Positions 39,501 to 50,700 of a stretch of DNA of 64,000 bases are shown piece after piece. The position numbers were made by a program, and so were the translations under genes. The stretch is taken from NCBI RefSeq assembly GCF_030144855.1, contig NC_082715.1:117614001-117678000 (forward strand), read 5' to 3'. Positions within the stretch are counted from its first letter, which is position 1, and each line of letters starts with the position of its first letter. The notes below the pieces were generated by a model. It had not been told where the DNA came from and ran no database searches. It was given only the letters and a program-made list of their open reading frames with translations. This DNA comes from Hypanus sabinus. Lineage: Eukaryota.

Positions 39501-40550
39501 AACCAGCAGGGCTGTAGCTGAGGCAGCAGAGACAGGATTATCATGGGTGTGGACCAAGTACGTCCAGAGGGGCAGATAGTCAGACAGTGTATCCATCTTT
39601 TGTAAACTCTTCAGTAGCTGCATAGATAATTCTAATTTTATATCGATGTATTCTCCCTAATGCAGATTGAAAATCTCCCTATTACACAGAGAGGATCCAA
39701 AAGGAAACCAGAAAATAACCTAGACTGTTTCAGGTCTATGTTGCCACCCAAAATTGGCTGGGATGTGCAACAGAAATAGAAGTTTCACCATTTTTACCAG
39801 CGTCGGGATGAACTTGCCTTTGATGGAGGTTGTAATTGAGAGTTTTCGTGTCATTCAAACTGTGAGATAAAGTGTCAGAGAAACTATGTGCCTGTCCTCT
39901 CGGAGTGGTCAAAATAAAAGCATTGACTTGAAGCTTTGTCTGGCAGCCTGGGATAAATCAGCAGATCAAGCAGCTTGCCATGCTCTGTTTGGGATGCTGA
40001 TACATTGCAAACAAAGGTATCCAGAGCTATCAGAACAATTTCCTGCTGTCCCAGAGTCAACACCTACAACCACTGCGGAGAGCCCCAGAACCTGAGATTC
40101 TTTCACACTGACAAGTCTCACCTGCCAAGCAGAGTAACCTCCCTGGTGAGGAAAGATTTTATTCCACAAGAGTAAGAAATCCTCCACACCAATTATGTCT
40201 TTAGATCTGAATGGAACAATTAAAGTTTACAATGCTGTGGATGTCTATGTAGTAGTTATATTTTATACAACGTATACAGTTGAGATGCATTCTATACTGA
40301 GTTGGAGTTTATAGCTAAGCAGTGTTGTGGATTTAATATATCAATAATTTTTGAGTAATACTGTAAATATGTTGTTTGATTAAGCATTCTTTGTTGTTTG
40401 CATAATGAGTTATATGAAAAACTATGTGAATGGCATACATCAAGATGCCACCACATCATACGTGTGCGCCTCGCTAAAGTTAAAAACAGAAATATAGTAC
40501 ACAATACTCTGTTCTTCTTTTGATAAGTTTTTGGAGTTAAAAACATAACA
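36520..40550 (+). mobile_element. Degenerate Gypsy/Ty3 LTR retrotransposon with 3' LTR at about 40323-40550
   Basis: gag zinc knuckle near 36870, RT YLDD (KCYLDDF), RNase H, eroded integrase, LTR TGTTG...TAACA. Confidence 0.88.
38750..39620 (+). mobile_element. 5'-truncated RLE-type non-LTR retrotransposon (HERO/R2-R4-like) nested in the Gypsy pol
   Basis: Stop-free ~275-aa C-terminus with CCHC (CAAC...TLQHILSAC), WRHN, RPDI and ELTVPW...AHERKLTKY. The Gypsy frame breaks after EKFIKEDT and resumes at DVFSLMQIENLP (about 39645). Confidence 0.85.
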
Positions 40551-40774
40551 CATATGATTAAGTTTATTTTTGAATTTTAAAAAAAGGTGATCAGCAATGG
40601 CAGTAAATACTGCCCTTGTTGGCCACACACTCATGCCTCAATGACAAGAAACTCAGTTTCAGTTATCAGATCCTGTTGTCAGGGCAAATAAAGACAGGTC
40701 TATAAAAACAACCTCTGGTAGCCACAGTCTGACAAAAGCAAAATATTTGGCTGCAGCCATTTTAGTTTCCTTAC

Positions 40775-40836
40775 TTTGATGAAGGTAGGATAGCTCTTGA
40801 GGATGGGGCTGTATCCTGTGCAGCGACACAAGTTTC
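40775..40836 (-). pseudogene. XDH: XDH exon 6 remnant
   Basis: 62 nt, AG and gtaagg intact. (G)[20 protein letters not shown] vs [21 protein letters not shown]. Confidence 0.93.
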
Positions 40837-41671
40837 CTGGGAGGCAAATTAACAGAACTTATTTAAAATTAAAACAGCCACACAGGCATTGTTCTAACAT
40901 CCTGGGACCTGTTCTCTCTCTGATGCTGTGAAATTCTGCAGAGAATTTATCTCAGTCAGCAGCAAGAAGGTGCAGTGGAGAGCAGTGTGAGCTGGTGAGA
41001 TACAGTAGCTTCCAGTAGCTGACAGAGGACACCTTTGGTCCTTGTGTGAAACCAAGAACATTAGAGTCGAGACTCACATATAAAATATGTGGAAGAGGCA
41101 GTGACTGGAATCATCGATTCTCTTTGTCTTACAAATGCTGCCTGACCTGCTAAATGTTTGCACCAGCTTTTGGAAAAGATACAAGCTTGAAGGCTGTGAG
41201 GAGATTTAATTGGGTGGAAAGGTTGAATAAATACAAGGGAGAGCAATCTGGACAGGCTGGACTGCAAGAACAAATAAGGGAGAGGTCAAAACTAGGAGAA
41301 ATTTAAGTAAAATTAATAGAGCTTAGAGGGAAGTGGAAGAAAAGATTGGATCCAGAGGCTGGTCTGGAGACACTGGGTGACAGGACAAAAGCCCTTAGAG
41401 TATTTGTGAAAGATCTGGATGCCAATTTGATCTGTTGTGGCCAACGCAAACTCAGACTGAGAATTGGGTAGTCATATTCACATCTCACAGTTTCCTCAAA
41501 CTACTGTAAACACAAAGTTCACTGCAGATGCTGTGAATCAGATCAACACGTACAAACAAGCTGGATGAACTCAGCAGATTGGTCAGCATCCATTGAAATG
41601 AGCAGTCAATTTACTGGCTCTTCTAATCCAACCTTAGTTTGGGGTTACTAGGAGAGAAAGTCCCAGTACAT

Positions 41672-41751
41672 CAGAGGTTCCCAAACTGGGATCCACAGAG
41701 CCTTCAGTTAATGATAAGGCTCCATGCCATTAAAAGTTTTGGGAGCCCCTG
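41672..41751. mobile_element. 80-bp hAT-like MITE
   Basis: TIRs CAGAGGTTCCCAAAC / TTTTGGGAGCCCCTG; imperfect 8-bp TSD CAGTACAT / CAATACAC. Confidence 0.75.
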
Positions 41752-42696
41752 CAATACACTGTACAGAAAGCTTCACATTATCAATGTCATGTACATACAG
41801 AATTCCCCTCTTCTCTATTCACCTCACTCTCACAGGCTAAATGCCCACAAGAAAATGTATCTCAGGGTTGTTATGGTGACATATATGTACTTTGATAATA
41901 TTTTTACTTTGTACTTTAAAAATGTTGCTTCTCTCTGACTCTTAGTTGAACCAATCCAAATTTGATGTTCCTGTTACTTGGAACCTCAGTTCCAGAACCA
42001 GAGTCAGGTTTATTGTCACTGACGTAAATTCAGAAACTTGTTGTTTTGTGGGAGTAGTATGGTGCAGACTAAATAAGTAAATTTACAATAAAACTAATGA
42101 AGCAAATATTGCAGAAGAGCAACAGTAAGGTCGTGTTGATGGGTTCACGAACCATTCAGAAATCTGTAGGCAAAGGAGAAGAAGCTGTTCCCATCTTAAA
42201 CTGAGTGGAAGAGCTTATGGTGAGATTTAAAATTTGTCTGAGAGCAGTATGATTCAACATGTTGAAGGAGTGCTGCAGGGATGTAACTTTGTATTGCGTA
42301 CAGCATGTACATTTTCTGACGGTTATTTGGAAGGTCTGCGATCCTGTCTGCACTCACTTGCACCACCTAAATTACACACACACCCTCCTGTTCATTGATC
42401 ACCTGGTTTCTCCATGGAATGTGTGTCAAAGTTTTGGCTTTTATTTTTGCCAGAACAGAAAAGGAGACCATTGAGCCCATCAGGTCCATGCCAACTCCAA
42501 GGTGAGAGTAACCCTATCAGTCCTAGGCAGCCTACTTATCTTCTTGTACCCTGCAAATTTATCTTCTCTCATCAGTTCCCCTTGGATTATTTTGCTCCAT
42601 CTCTGCACAAAAGGTTAATTTACAATGGCTCATTAACCTCCCAGCACATCTTTGAAATGTGAGAGATGGCTCTGGAACCAAATGAAATCTGCAGAG

Positions 42697-43455
42697 TGTC
42701 GTGGATATTCTCTTTCAGACCCCAAAGGGCTCCGTCCTAACATTGGGTTTTTTTTTGGCCCAGAAGCAGAACTGTCCAAGGTTCACGAAGTTTGTTGTTC
42801 ACTAAGATAAATTCATTTTTAGCCCAGCAGCAGAAAATGTCCACGGGTCAAGTGTTTGTTGTTCATTAAGCCCAGCAGAAGAAATTGCCCAAGATTCAAG
42901 ATGTTTGTTGTTTAATAAGTTAAATTTCTAACTGGGATACTTTGCTCATATTCTTCACTTCTAACCAGTTGGCTTTGGCTTAATCAAGAGAAACAATGGG
43001 TCCATGCTGAACTTGTTGAACTATGACCCAATCAAGAGAAACAAGGGTATCTCCATTAGACTAATTAAATACACCATCTTCCTAACCTGATAACCTGCTG
43101 AGAAACATCACATGCCAATGATGACAATTGATAGAAAAACAGTATAAATATTAGAAGGCAGTCACAGTTGGGAGAATCGATAGAGTGAAGAAACAGGATT
43201 CATTCCTCTGCCTTGGTTTCGGCAACGGATGACTTGTTCATCTTCAACTCTTTGGTACGTCTTTCTAGATTTTAAGAAATCTACCTGCATTTGGAAATCC
43301 TTTAAGTTATACATCTGTCTGGAATTATACCTCAGAAATTAATATGTTTCACTTAAAAATAAACTGTGTTTAATCTGCACCATTAGCTGGAAGTATCGTC
43401 TCCTTGGTGGCGAGGGGAGGGTGCAATAGTGATTACTAACAGCTGACCCCTTTCA
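42697..43455 (+). mobile_element. Putative solo LTR in XDH intron 5
   Basis: TG...CA termini, three ~45-bp tandem U3-like repeats (42758-42920), TATAAAT near 43143, AATAAA near 43358. No clean TSD seen. Confidence 0.6.
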
Positions 43456-43783
43456 GGAAGAGATTAAATAAGTGAAAGTAAATGAGTCTGGTTGAAGTAA
43501 ACTAGTGTAGATTAATACAGTGTAATCTCACTAAAATGCAGGTTTTTGTAGATATTTAAACCAGATGTGGCTTAGTTTTGATTAAGCTTATCACACACAA
43601 AATCATCACAACAGCTGCAGGGAGATGGTGCAAACTCCAGAGAGAGAGAGTTGGGCAGGAATAATCCTGCACATGTGGAGCTATGAGGCAACAGAACTAA
43701 CTGTTGCACCAACAGGCCCCCCCTTTGAAACTGGTCTCTCTGCTTAAAAGTCTGGAACTGAGCCACAAACTTAGAGAATTTAC

Positions 43784-43910
43784 CTTGGAGGGTGTCTTCA
43801 ATTTCCTCCATTGTGGGATCCAGGTTGCTCTGAAATAAACAGTATACAGACATGACAATTCTAGCGATGCAGAATCCTCACTGGGAACTGTGGGCCTTTG
43901 CAATATGCTC
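43784..43910 (-). pseudogene. XDH: XDH exon 5 remnant (2Fe-2S domain) with in-frame stop
   Basis: 127 nt, AG/GT intact. EHIAKAHSSQ*GFCIARIVMSVYCLFQSNLDPTMEEIEDTLQG vs XDH [43 protein letters not shown]. TGA at 43878-43880 replaces an Fe-S ligand Cys. Confidence 0.93.
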
Positions 43911-44119
43911 CTGAGATTGAAACAAAAGCTGAGATTTAGTGTGGGAAGTTTGATCAGACGTGGAACAATAACTGGACTGTCACATAAAGCATGGATGAGG
44001 AGATTTGAAAGCTTTGGATTCTGTAGTAAGAAGAATCACTAATTCCATAATGGTTAAAGGGAATTATGATGCAGCTAGAGTTTTACTGAGAGGTCTGGGT
44101 TCCAGCAATCCCATCACTG

Positions 44120-44790
44120 TCAGTGAAAGCCTTTGATTTCACATGTAAATTGAGTTCCAATGCAGCCAATAGAGCCACTGCATAACAGCCCTTGTGACCT
44201 ACCTTCAATCCTGACCTTGTGAACTAACTGTGTGGACTTTACAGCCACACAGGGACCCCCTAGGTGACAAATTACCACCCACATCCCCTTCACCAGAACA
44301 TAAAGCACGCTTTCTGCTATATCCTCCTATTTTAATCCTCCATGGTGCTCAGCACAGACAGCTTTCCAGAGATTACTACCCTTGTGGCTCGGCTTTCTAG
44401 CATTCTACCTCGCTACCTTTTCTGACCTATATCATCGGTGCCAATATTAACCACAACTTCTGGCTGCTCACCCCCCACCCTTAAGAATGATTGGACCCAA
44501 TCTGAGACACCCCTGACCCTGGTACCAGCGAGGCAACATACCATCCACGAGACTCACAATCTCCTATCACTTTCTGTATTGCCACCACCATCTCGCTTCT
44601 CTTCTCCCTCCTTCGCCTCTGAGCCACAGAGCGAGACGCAGTGCCAGAGACCTGGTTGCTGCAGAATTCTCCCAGTCAGCCAACCCCCAGCAATATTCAA
44701 AGAGGTATAGCTGTTGTTGAAGGAACAGCCGCAGGGGTACTCTGTACCATTTGCCTGCCCCCTTTCCCTTCCCTGACAGTCAACCAGTTA
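44120..44790 (-). mobile_element. CR1 ORF1 fragment
   Basis: Esterase-like VVVNIGTDD segment on the minus strand. Confidence 0.7.
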
Positions 44791-45237
44791 CATACCCCCT
44801 CCTGATTTCCCCTCACTAGAAACAATTGCTCTTTATTTACCCTATGATCACCAACAACAAAATGTGTTAAACAATAAATAAAAGAATATTTTATTTTGAA
44901 ATATTTAGAGTGCAGAGGGTGGGTGGCCATTCAGCCCAACGTCTCTATGGTGAGGAAGTTCAAAACACAATCTTGTTGTCCATGAAGGAATTAAGCTGTG
45001 GGAGAAATCTGGAAGCTAACTGGAAGGAGTTAAGGACAGACAAAGTAAACAAACCAGATGGCTTCATTCAACCAATCGGTTGAAGGAATGGAGGTCACTA
45101 TTTTGTGAAACTGCCCTGCAAGCTCTGTCTTGTGAGCTGGTTTTGCTCAGGAATGGCTGTATGTCGGTGCTTTAAAGCAGATAGAATGAGGCTCCTGATA
45201 ATCTGTTGAACTAGAAATCATTCCCAAATAATTGTAA

Positions 45238-45293
45238 GATTATTATTATTATTTTTATTTTTATTATTATTAATTATTATTTTATTATTATTG

Positions 45294-45325
<32 letters not shown>
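45238..45325. repeat. Imperfect (TTA)n microsatellite
   Basis: Direct reading. Confidence 0.95.
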
Positions 45326-45329
<4 letters not shown>

Positions 45330-45679
45330 TGTAAGATGTTCTCTGGGAAGTTAAAACGTGCAGGTTTATAGATAGGGCAGCCTTCTCTGACCTGAGGAAC
45401 TTGAGCCTAGCAACCGGCTGATTTATAACAGTGACATTAATTTCACTTTGTCACTGGTGATGAGGGCAATAAGAGTTTGGCTTGGAAAGCTAACACATGT
45501 TAGCCAATAGGGCAGAATCTCCCATTCACTTCTTGTTTGGCCAATTGGCCTCTATTGCAGTGCTATCACTTTGAGAAGTTATTTGCATTGATATTTGTGT
45601 TGGGAAAAGGTGAAATCTTTAACTTGATTAAGAATTGTGTACTGAATTGCCTACCTTGGATCAGTAGATAGCATTATAC

Positions 45680-47700
45680 AGTCATGGAAAAGTACAGCAC
45701 CAAAACAGGCCATTCAGCCCATCTAGTCATGCTGAAATCACTTCAACTGTACTCCCATCGATCTGTTCTGGGACCATAGACCTCCATATCCCTACTATCT
45801 ATATACTTATCCAAACGTCACGTAAATATTGAAATCAAGCTCACATGCACCACTTGTGCTGGCAGTTAAGTTCACACTCTCACGACCCTCTGAGTGAAGA
45901 AGTTTCTCTTCATGTTCCCCCTAATCTTTTCACTTTTCACCCTTAACCCATGACCGCTGGTTGTAGTCCCACCCAAACTCCGTGGAAAAAGGCTTCTTAC
46001 ATTTACCCTATATATGCCCCTCATAATTTTGTATACATCTGTCGAATCTCCTCTCAATCTTCTACTTTCTAAGGAATGAAGCCCTCACTTATTCAATGTT
46101 TCCTTATAACTTAGGTCCTCCAGAGCCAGAAATATCCTTGTAAATTTTCTTTGAACCTTTTCAACCTTATTTACATCTTTCCTGTAGGTCGGTGACCAAA
46201 ACTGCATACAGTACTCCAGATTAAGCCTCACCAATATCTTGTCCAACTTCAACATAACATCCCATCTCCTGTACTCAATGCACTGATTTTGAAGGCTGAT
46301 GTGCCGAAATCTTTCTGTATGACCCTATCTACCTGTGACACCACTTTCAATGAATTGTGGACCTGTATTCCCAAATTCCTTTGTTCTACTACACTCCACA
46401 GTGCCCTACCATCCACTGTGTAAGACCTACCCTGGGTTCGTCCTACCAAAGTGCGACTCCTCACACTTGTCTGCATGAAATTCCATCAGCTGTTTCTCAG
46501 CCCAATTTTCCAGCTGATGTAGAACCCTCTGCAAGACATGTTAGCAGTCCTTGCTGTCCACTACACCCTCAATCTTGGTTTCATCTACAAATTTTCTGAT
46601 CCAGTTAACCACATAATCATCCAGATCGCTGATATAGATACAAACACCAATGGACCCAGCATCAATCCCTGCGGCACACCACTGGTCACAGGCCTCCAGT
46701 CAGAGAGGTAACCAACTACTCCTATGCTCTGGTAGTCCCACTAAACCAATGTCTAATCCAATTTACGACCCCACTGGCCAGCCTCCCATGCGGGACCTTG
46801 TCAAATACCTTTCTGAAGTTCATGTTGACAACAACCGCTGCTTTGCCTTCATCTTTGCTGGTAACTTCCTTGTAAAACTCTTTAAGAATTGGTTAAACAT
46901 GGCCTAACATGAACAAAGCCATGCTGACTATCCCTAATCAGTCCATGTCTATCCAAATATTCATATATCCGGTCCCTTAGAATACCTTCCAATAACTCTC
47001 CCACTACTGATGTCAGATTCACCGCCTATAACCTCCTGGTTTATGTTTAGGGCTTTTCTTAAACAGCAGAACAACATCGGCTTGTCACCTGCCCTGTCTC
47101 ATTTCCTAACGGCAGAGCAAGTATTGCATACTCTCTCACTGGGACATCGATGTACTGATTAAGGAAATTTTCTTGAATACATTTGGCAAACTCTATCCCA
47201 TCCAGTACTTTTATAGTTTGGGAGTCCCAGTCAAGATGTGGAAAGTTAAAGTCACCTGCTGTAACACCTTTCTGTTTCTTGCAATTATCTGTGATCTCTA
47301 CAAATTTGTTCCACTAAATCGCTTGGTCTATTGGGTGGTCTGCAACATAGCCCCATCATAAAGCCTCACTAGACGAGTTTTCCAGTCTGTCCTGATGGAA
47401 CACTGCTGTGACATTTTCCCTGAGTAGTAACGTCACTCCTCCTACTCTAATCCTACTGTTCTGTTGTGTCTGAAACAGAAGCCTGGAATGTTGAGCTGCC
47501 AGTGCTGCCCCTCCTGCAGCCACATCTCATGAATGGCTACAATATCATAATTCCACATGTTGATCCATGCCCTGAGCTCATCCACCTTTCCTACCATACT
47601 TTTGCATTGAAATATACGCAACTCAAGATTCTAGTCGCACCATGCTCAACCGTTTGATTCCTGACTTTGTCTGAGTTCTTACCAACATTTGGTTCCACAA
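45680..47700 (-). mobile_element. Internally deleted CR1
   Basis: YKIMRGI...GHGLRVK...FFTQRVV 3' end, plus RT and endonuclease fragments. Confidence 0.85.
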
Positions 47701-47719
47701 GCTCTCCACCAATGATTCC

Positions 47720-50700
47720 TGGTGTTATGTCAATAAATTTGGTGTTCCTTGGTCAACTCAAAGAAAAACAGAGGTCTGGGCCCTATGTTTCGAGTCAACC
47801 TACATACTAGGTTAGGATATTAAAATGAGAAAAGAAAAATATGGACAAGAAGAACCCAGGGTGTTTGGGGGATTGGAGAAATTACATTTATAGTTCAATA
47901 TAAAGAAAATTGCCCAACTATGAGGTGTCGCTAGGAAAGGTTGAGAATGGAAGGTCAGCATCACTTGAGATGCATGGTGGAAAGAAATTAAGGAAATGAA
48001 ATCAAAGAGATTACGAGTGATTGACTTGCCAACTGCTCCAGACCATATCCTGGGAAGAGATGTTATTAGGAAAGTAGGTTTTTGAATGTTGATCTGATTA
48101 TTTATATGTCTTGGCAGTTTAATATTGTGGGTTGTAAATACACTAACCATTTTAATAGAGCATACTCTAATTCAGCTTTTGCTGGATGGCCATATCAAGG
48201 ATGGGACAATCAGTCAAACTCGACTGGTCTGATCAACATTGCTATTACAAGGTTGTAATATTCCACTTAAGATGTTCCCTTGAAATCAGGAAAGGAAAAT
48301 AAGGTTGTGTCACTGGCCCGTTTCTTTTTAAAGATCTTTGTTGATGGAATGTCATCAATTCTAGATGGGGAGAGCCTTACAGGATGTGATTTATATGTAG
48401 CAGACAAGGAAGGAGTCGAGAATAGAAGTGCTGCAATCAAGTTATCTAAAAGAATGTGTGTGCAAGTGGCACAACATGTTGCTATAAGTTTTGTTGTTAT
48501 CAATCCTTCAGGAGCGAGTATACAGTCAGAAAGCATGCATGGTTGTAATAGCTTGACTGAATGTTTACCTTTATAGGAAGCTGGAAGTTCTATTTTAGCA
48601 AATGGTAAACTTTTACCACTGGCACCCTTGTTAAAGTATAATATTTAACAATGCAAGAGGAAACATGGTGAAGGCTCACTCAAAAACATCTCCGGAAGAG
48701 AACCAGAAGGTGGACGAGTTAGCCAAACTAGGAATGGGATGCGGGGTGAAATACAATCCAGATACAGGGAGAGTGATGGCACAGTAAAGAGCATATCTAT
48801 AGAGTTAGTCAAGGTACAGCAACGGGATCAGGAGTTAGCACAGGTGCAAAGAGGAGAGAATTTTGAAGAATATGGTAAATATACAGGAATGGAATGGGAT
48901 TGTAATAATAGTAAGTTTGTGGTGCCAGAAGGTGTACGGATATTTTTAGGCATCAAGGACCAGATAGAGCTATGGTACAGCAGAAGCATCTGTGTTGATG
49001 GCCAAAAAAGCAATGAGGTGTAAGAACTGTTTGACTTTGTTCCCCAGTATAACCCAGATAACTCAGTTTAAAAAAAAGTTTTTAGACCCAATGTAGAGCC
49101 ATGGGTTAGCTTGCAGATTGATTTTGTGGAGCCTTTACCTCCATCTAGTGGAGGAATGAAAAATATCCTATCGATAGTGTCAACTTTCACCAAGTTGTTG
49201 GAGGATTTCCCAACTGGAAACAGCACTGCTGAAGATACAGTCAGCATTTTGTTTGAGAGTTTTTACCCACTGGATATTGCCAGGATTCGAGAGTCACATC
49301 CCCACTTTGCCACAAAGGGGATGTAAAATCTGATGAAACTGTCTGGAGTCAATCAGAGGTTCCACATCCCTTCATCGAACCCAACCCCAGTGGGATCGTT
49401 GAACAGATGAACAGACCAATTTTAGCCAAGATTCAGGAAGGTCACTGTCTTACGCTGAGTTCTTATGATGATCCATACCATTGAAGCTCCTTCTACTGGA
49501 TTTACCAGGAGAGAAATGAGAGGATGAGAATTTCTGATCGGACTAGATTTATCAAACCTAAGTGTGATGGTCTTGTAAAGGACAGATGTGTATGTCAATT
49601 AATTGACACCGTTAAGGAGCCCCATTATGTCACAGTGGGTAACATGGGACAGAAGAAGCAGCAGAGCAAGTCTTATTTTGGTGTGTGAACAAAGACCTAG
49701 GGAGCTGAAATTAGGATAGGAGATAATAATCTCAATTTATCAACCAGGTCCTCAACCATCTCTGAGATATCATTGGCAGAGCCAGCTGATTAATCTATCG
49801 AATCCAGACTGCTCCTAACGAGTTAGGTTGGTATCATATTAACCAACATGAACCCCTTAGAAAATCTATGTCCTGTAGAAGTTGACATCCATAAGGCACA
49901 TTATCAATGAGATGCTCTGGAGATGAAGATGCTCTCTGATTTACTTTTCTGGCAATTGACATTGATCTGAATGAAAGAGCTATTGCCTATTCAGTGAGCT
50001 GGGCACCCACTTCCAGTTTGCACCAGAATTTTAAAGATAGTTCCCTTTAAACTCAACATCAGGAAGGGAAGGTTAAGGCAAGCAAACATTGCAAAGAGCC
50101 ACGGGAAGAGGGAAACAAATGGGAGACTGCACTCATCACCAGATCTTCTGGAAATAAAGCAGGAGATGGAAGAATTACTAGATAAATACAGAAACTGCTC
50201 TTGATGTTACTCTTCCAGGTATTCGGAAATGATTGTAGTTGGAATACTACTGCTGAGTGGCTTCGAATTGGACAAAAGCTCTGCTGAAGGTTATATGTAA
50301 TACAATATAGTGTATTATTGGCCAATTATATATTCATCTGGACAGATGCAAAGTATGAAGATTAGGTTGGCAGCAGAGGAAGTATTCACAACATTCACTG
50401 AGAAGTCTATTTGGATTCCTTCCGATACCATGGTAATAATAGACTGTGTGGATGAGGAAGGTGAAATAGTGGTACGAATATATGAAGAACGGAGACAAAC
50501 ATTTGCAAAAGAAATGAGATCAAGGTCTGTTGATAATTGGGGTCAAGTTACAGTGATATGGGTTAAAGATGGCAATTCTAAGTTAACAGTGGGAAGTCAT
50601 GTTTTTTTGGGTCCTGCTTCAGGCAAAAAAGGCTTTATAACTCGAGTACAACTTCATTGTGAATGTGATGGTACTGTTGGTATGGACAGCAATCAAAGAA

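Larger units (their letters stand above)
29859..43910 (-). pseudogene. XDH: Unprocessed xanthine dehydrogenase pseudogene (exons 5, 6, 29-34 retained)
   Basis: Eight collinear exon remnants whose lengths and phases match vertebrate XDH as recalled. XDH-type rather than AOX-type residues (IVMS, PTMEEIE, SPTAAS). Multiple stops and frameshifts. Confidence 0.92.

Noticed and set aside
38668-39579. 303-aa ORF as a host gene
   Set aside because: It is a chance in-frame fusion of Gypsy and an RLE retrotransposon fragment, with no ATG start.
43878-43880. TGA at a conserved Cys codon of XDH read as selenocysteine
   Set aside because: Neighbouring invariant residues are also degraded (CTPG to CIAR) and other exons carry TAG stops and frameshifts, so this is ordinary pseudogene decay.
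29859-43910. Aldehyde oxidase (AOX) identity for the pseudogene
   Set aside because: Diagnostic segments (IVMS, PTMEEIE..QG, TSTNT.P.TSPTAAS) fit XDH better than the AOX1 sequence I recall. A tree would confirm.
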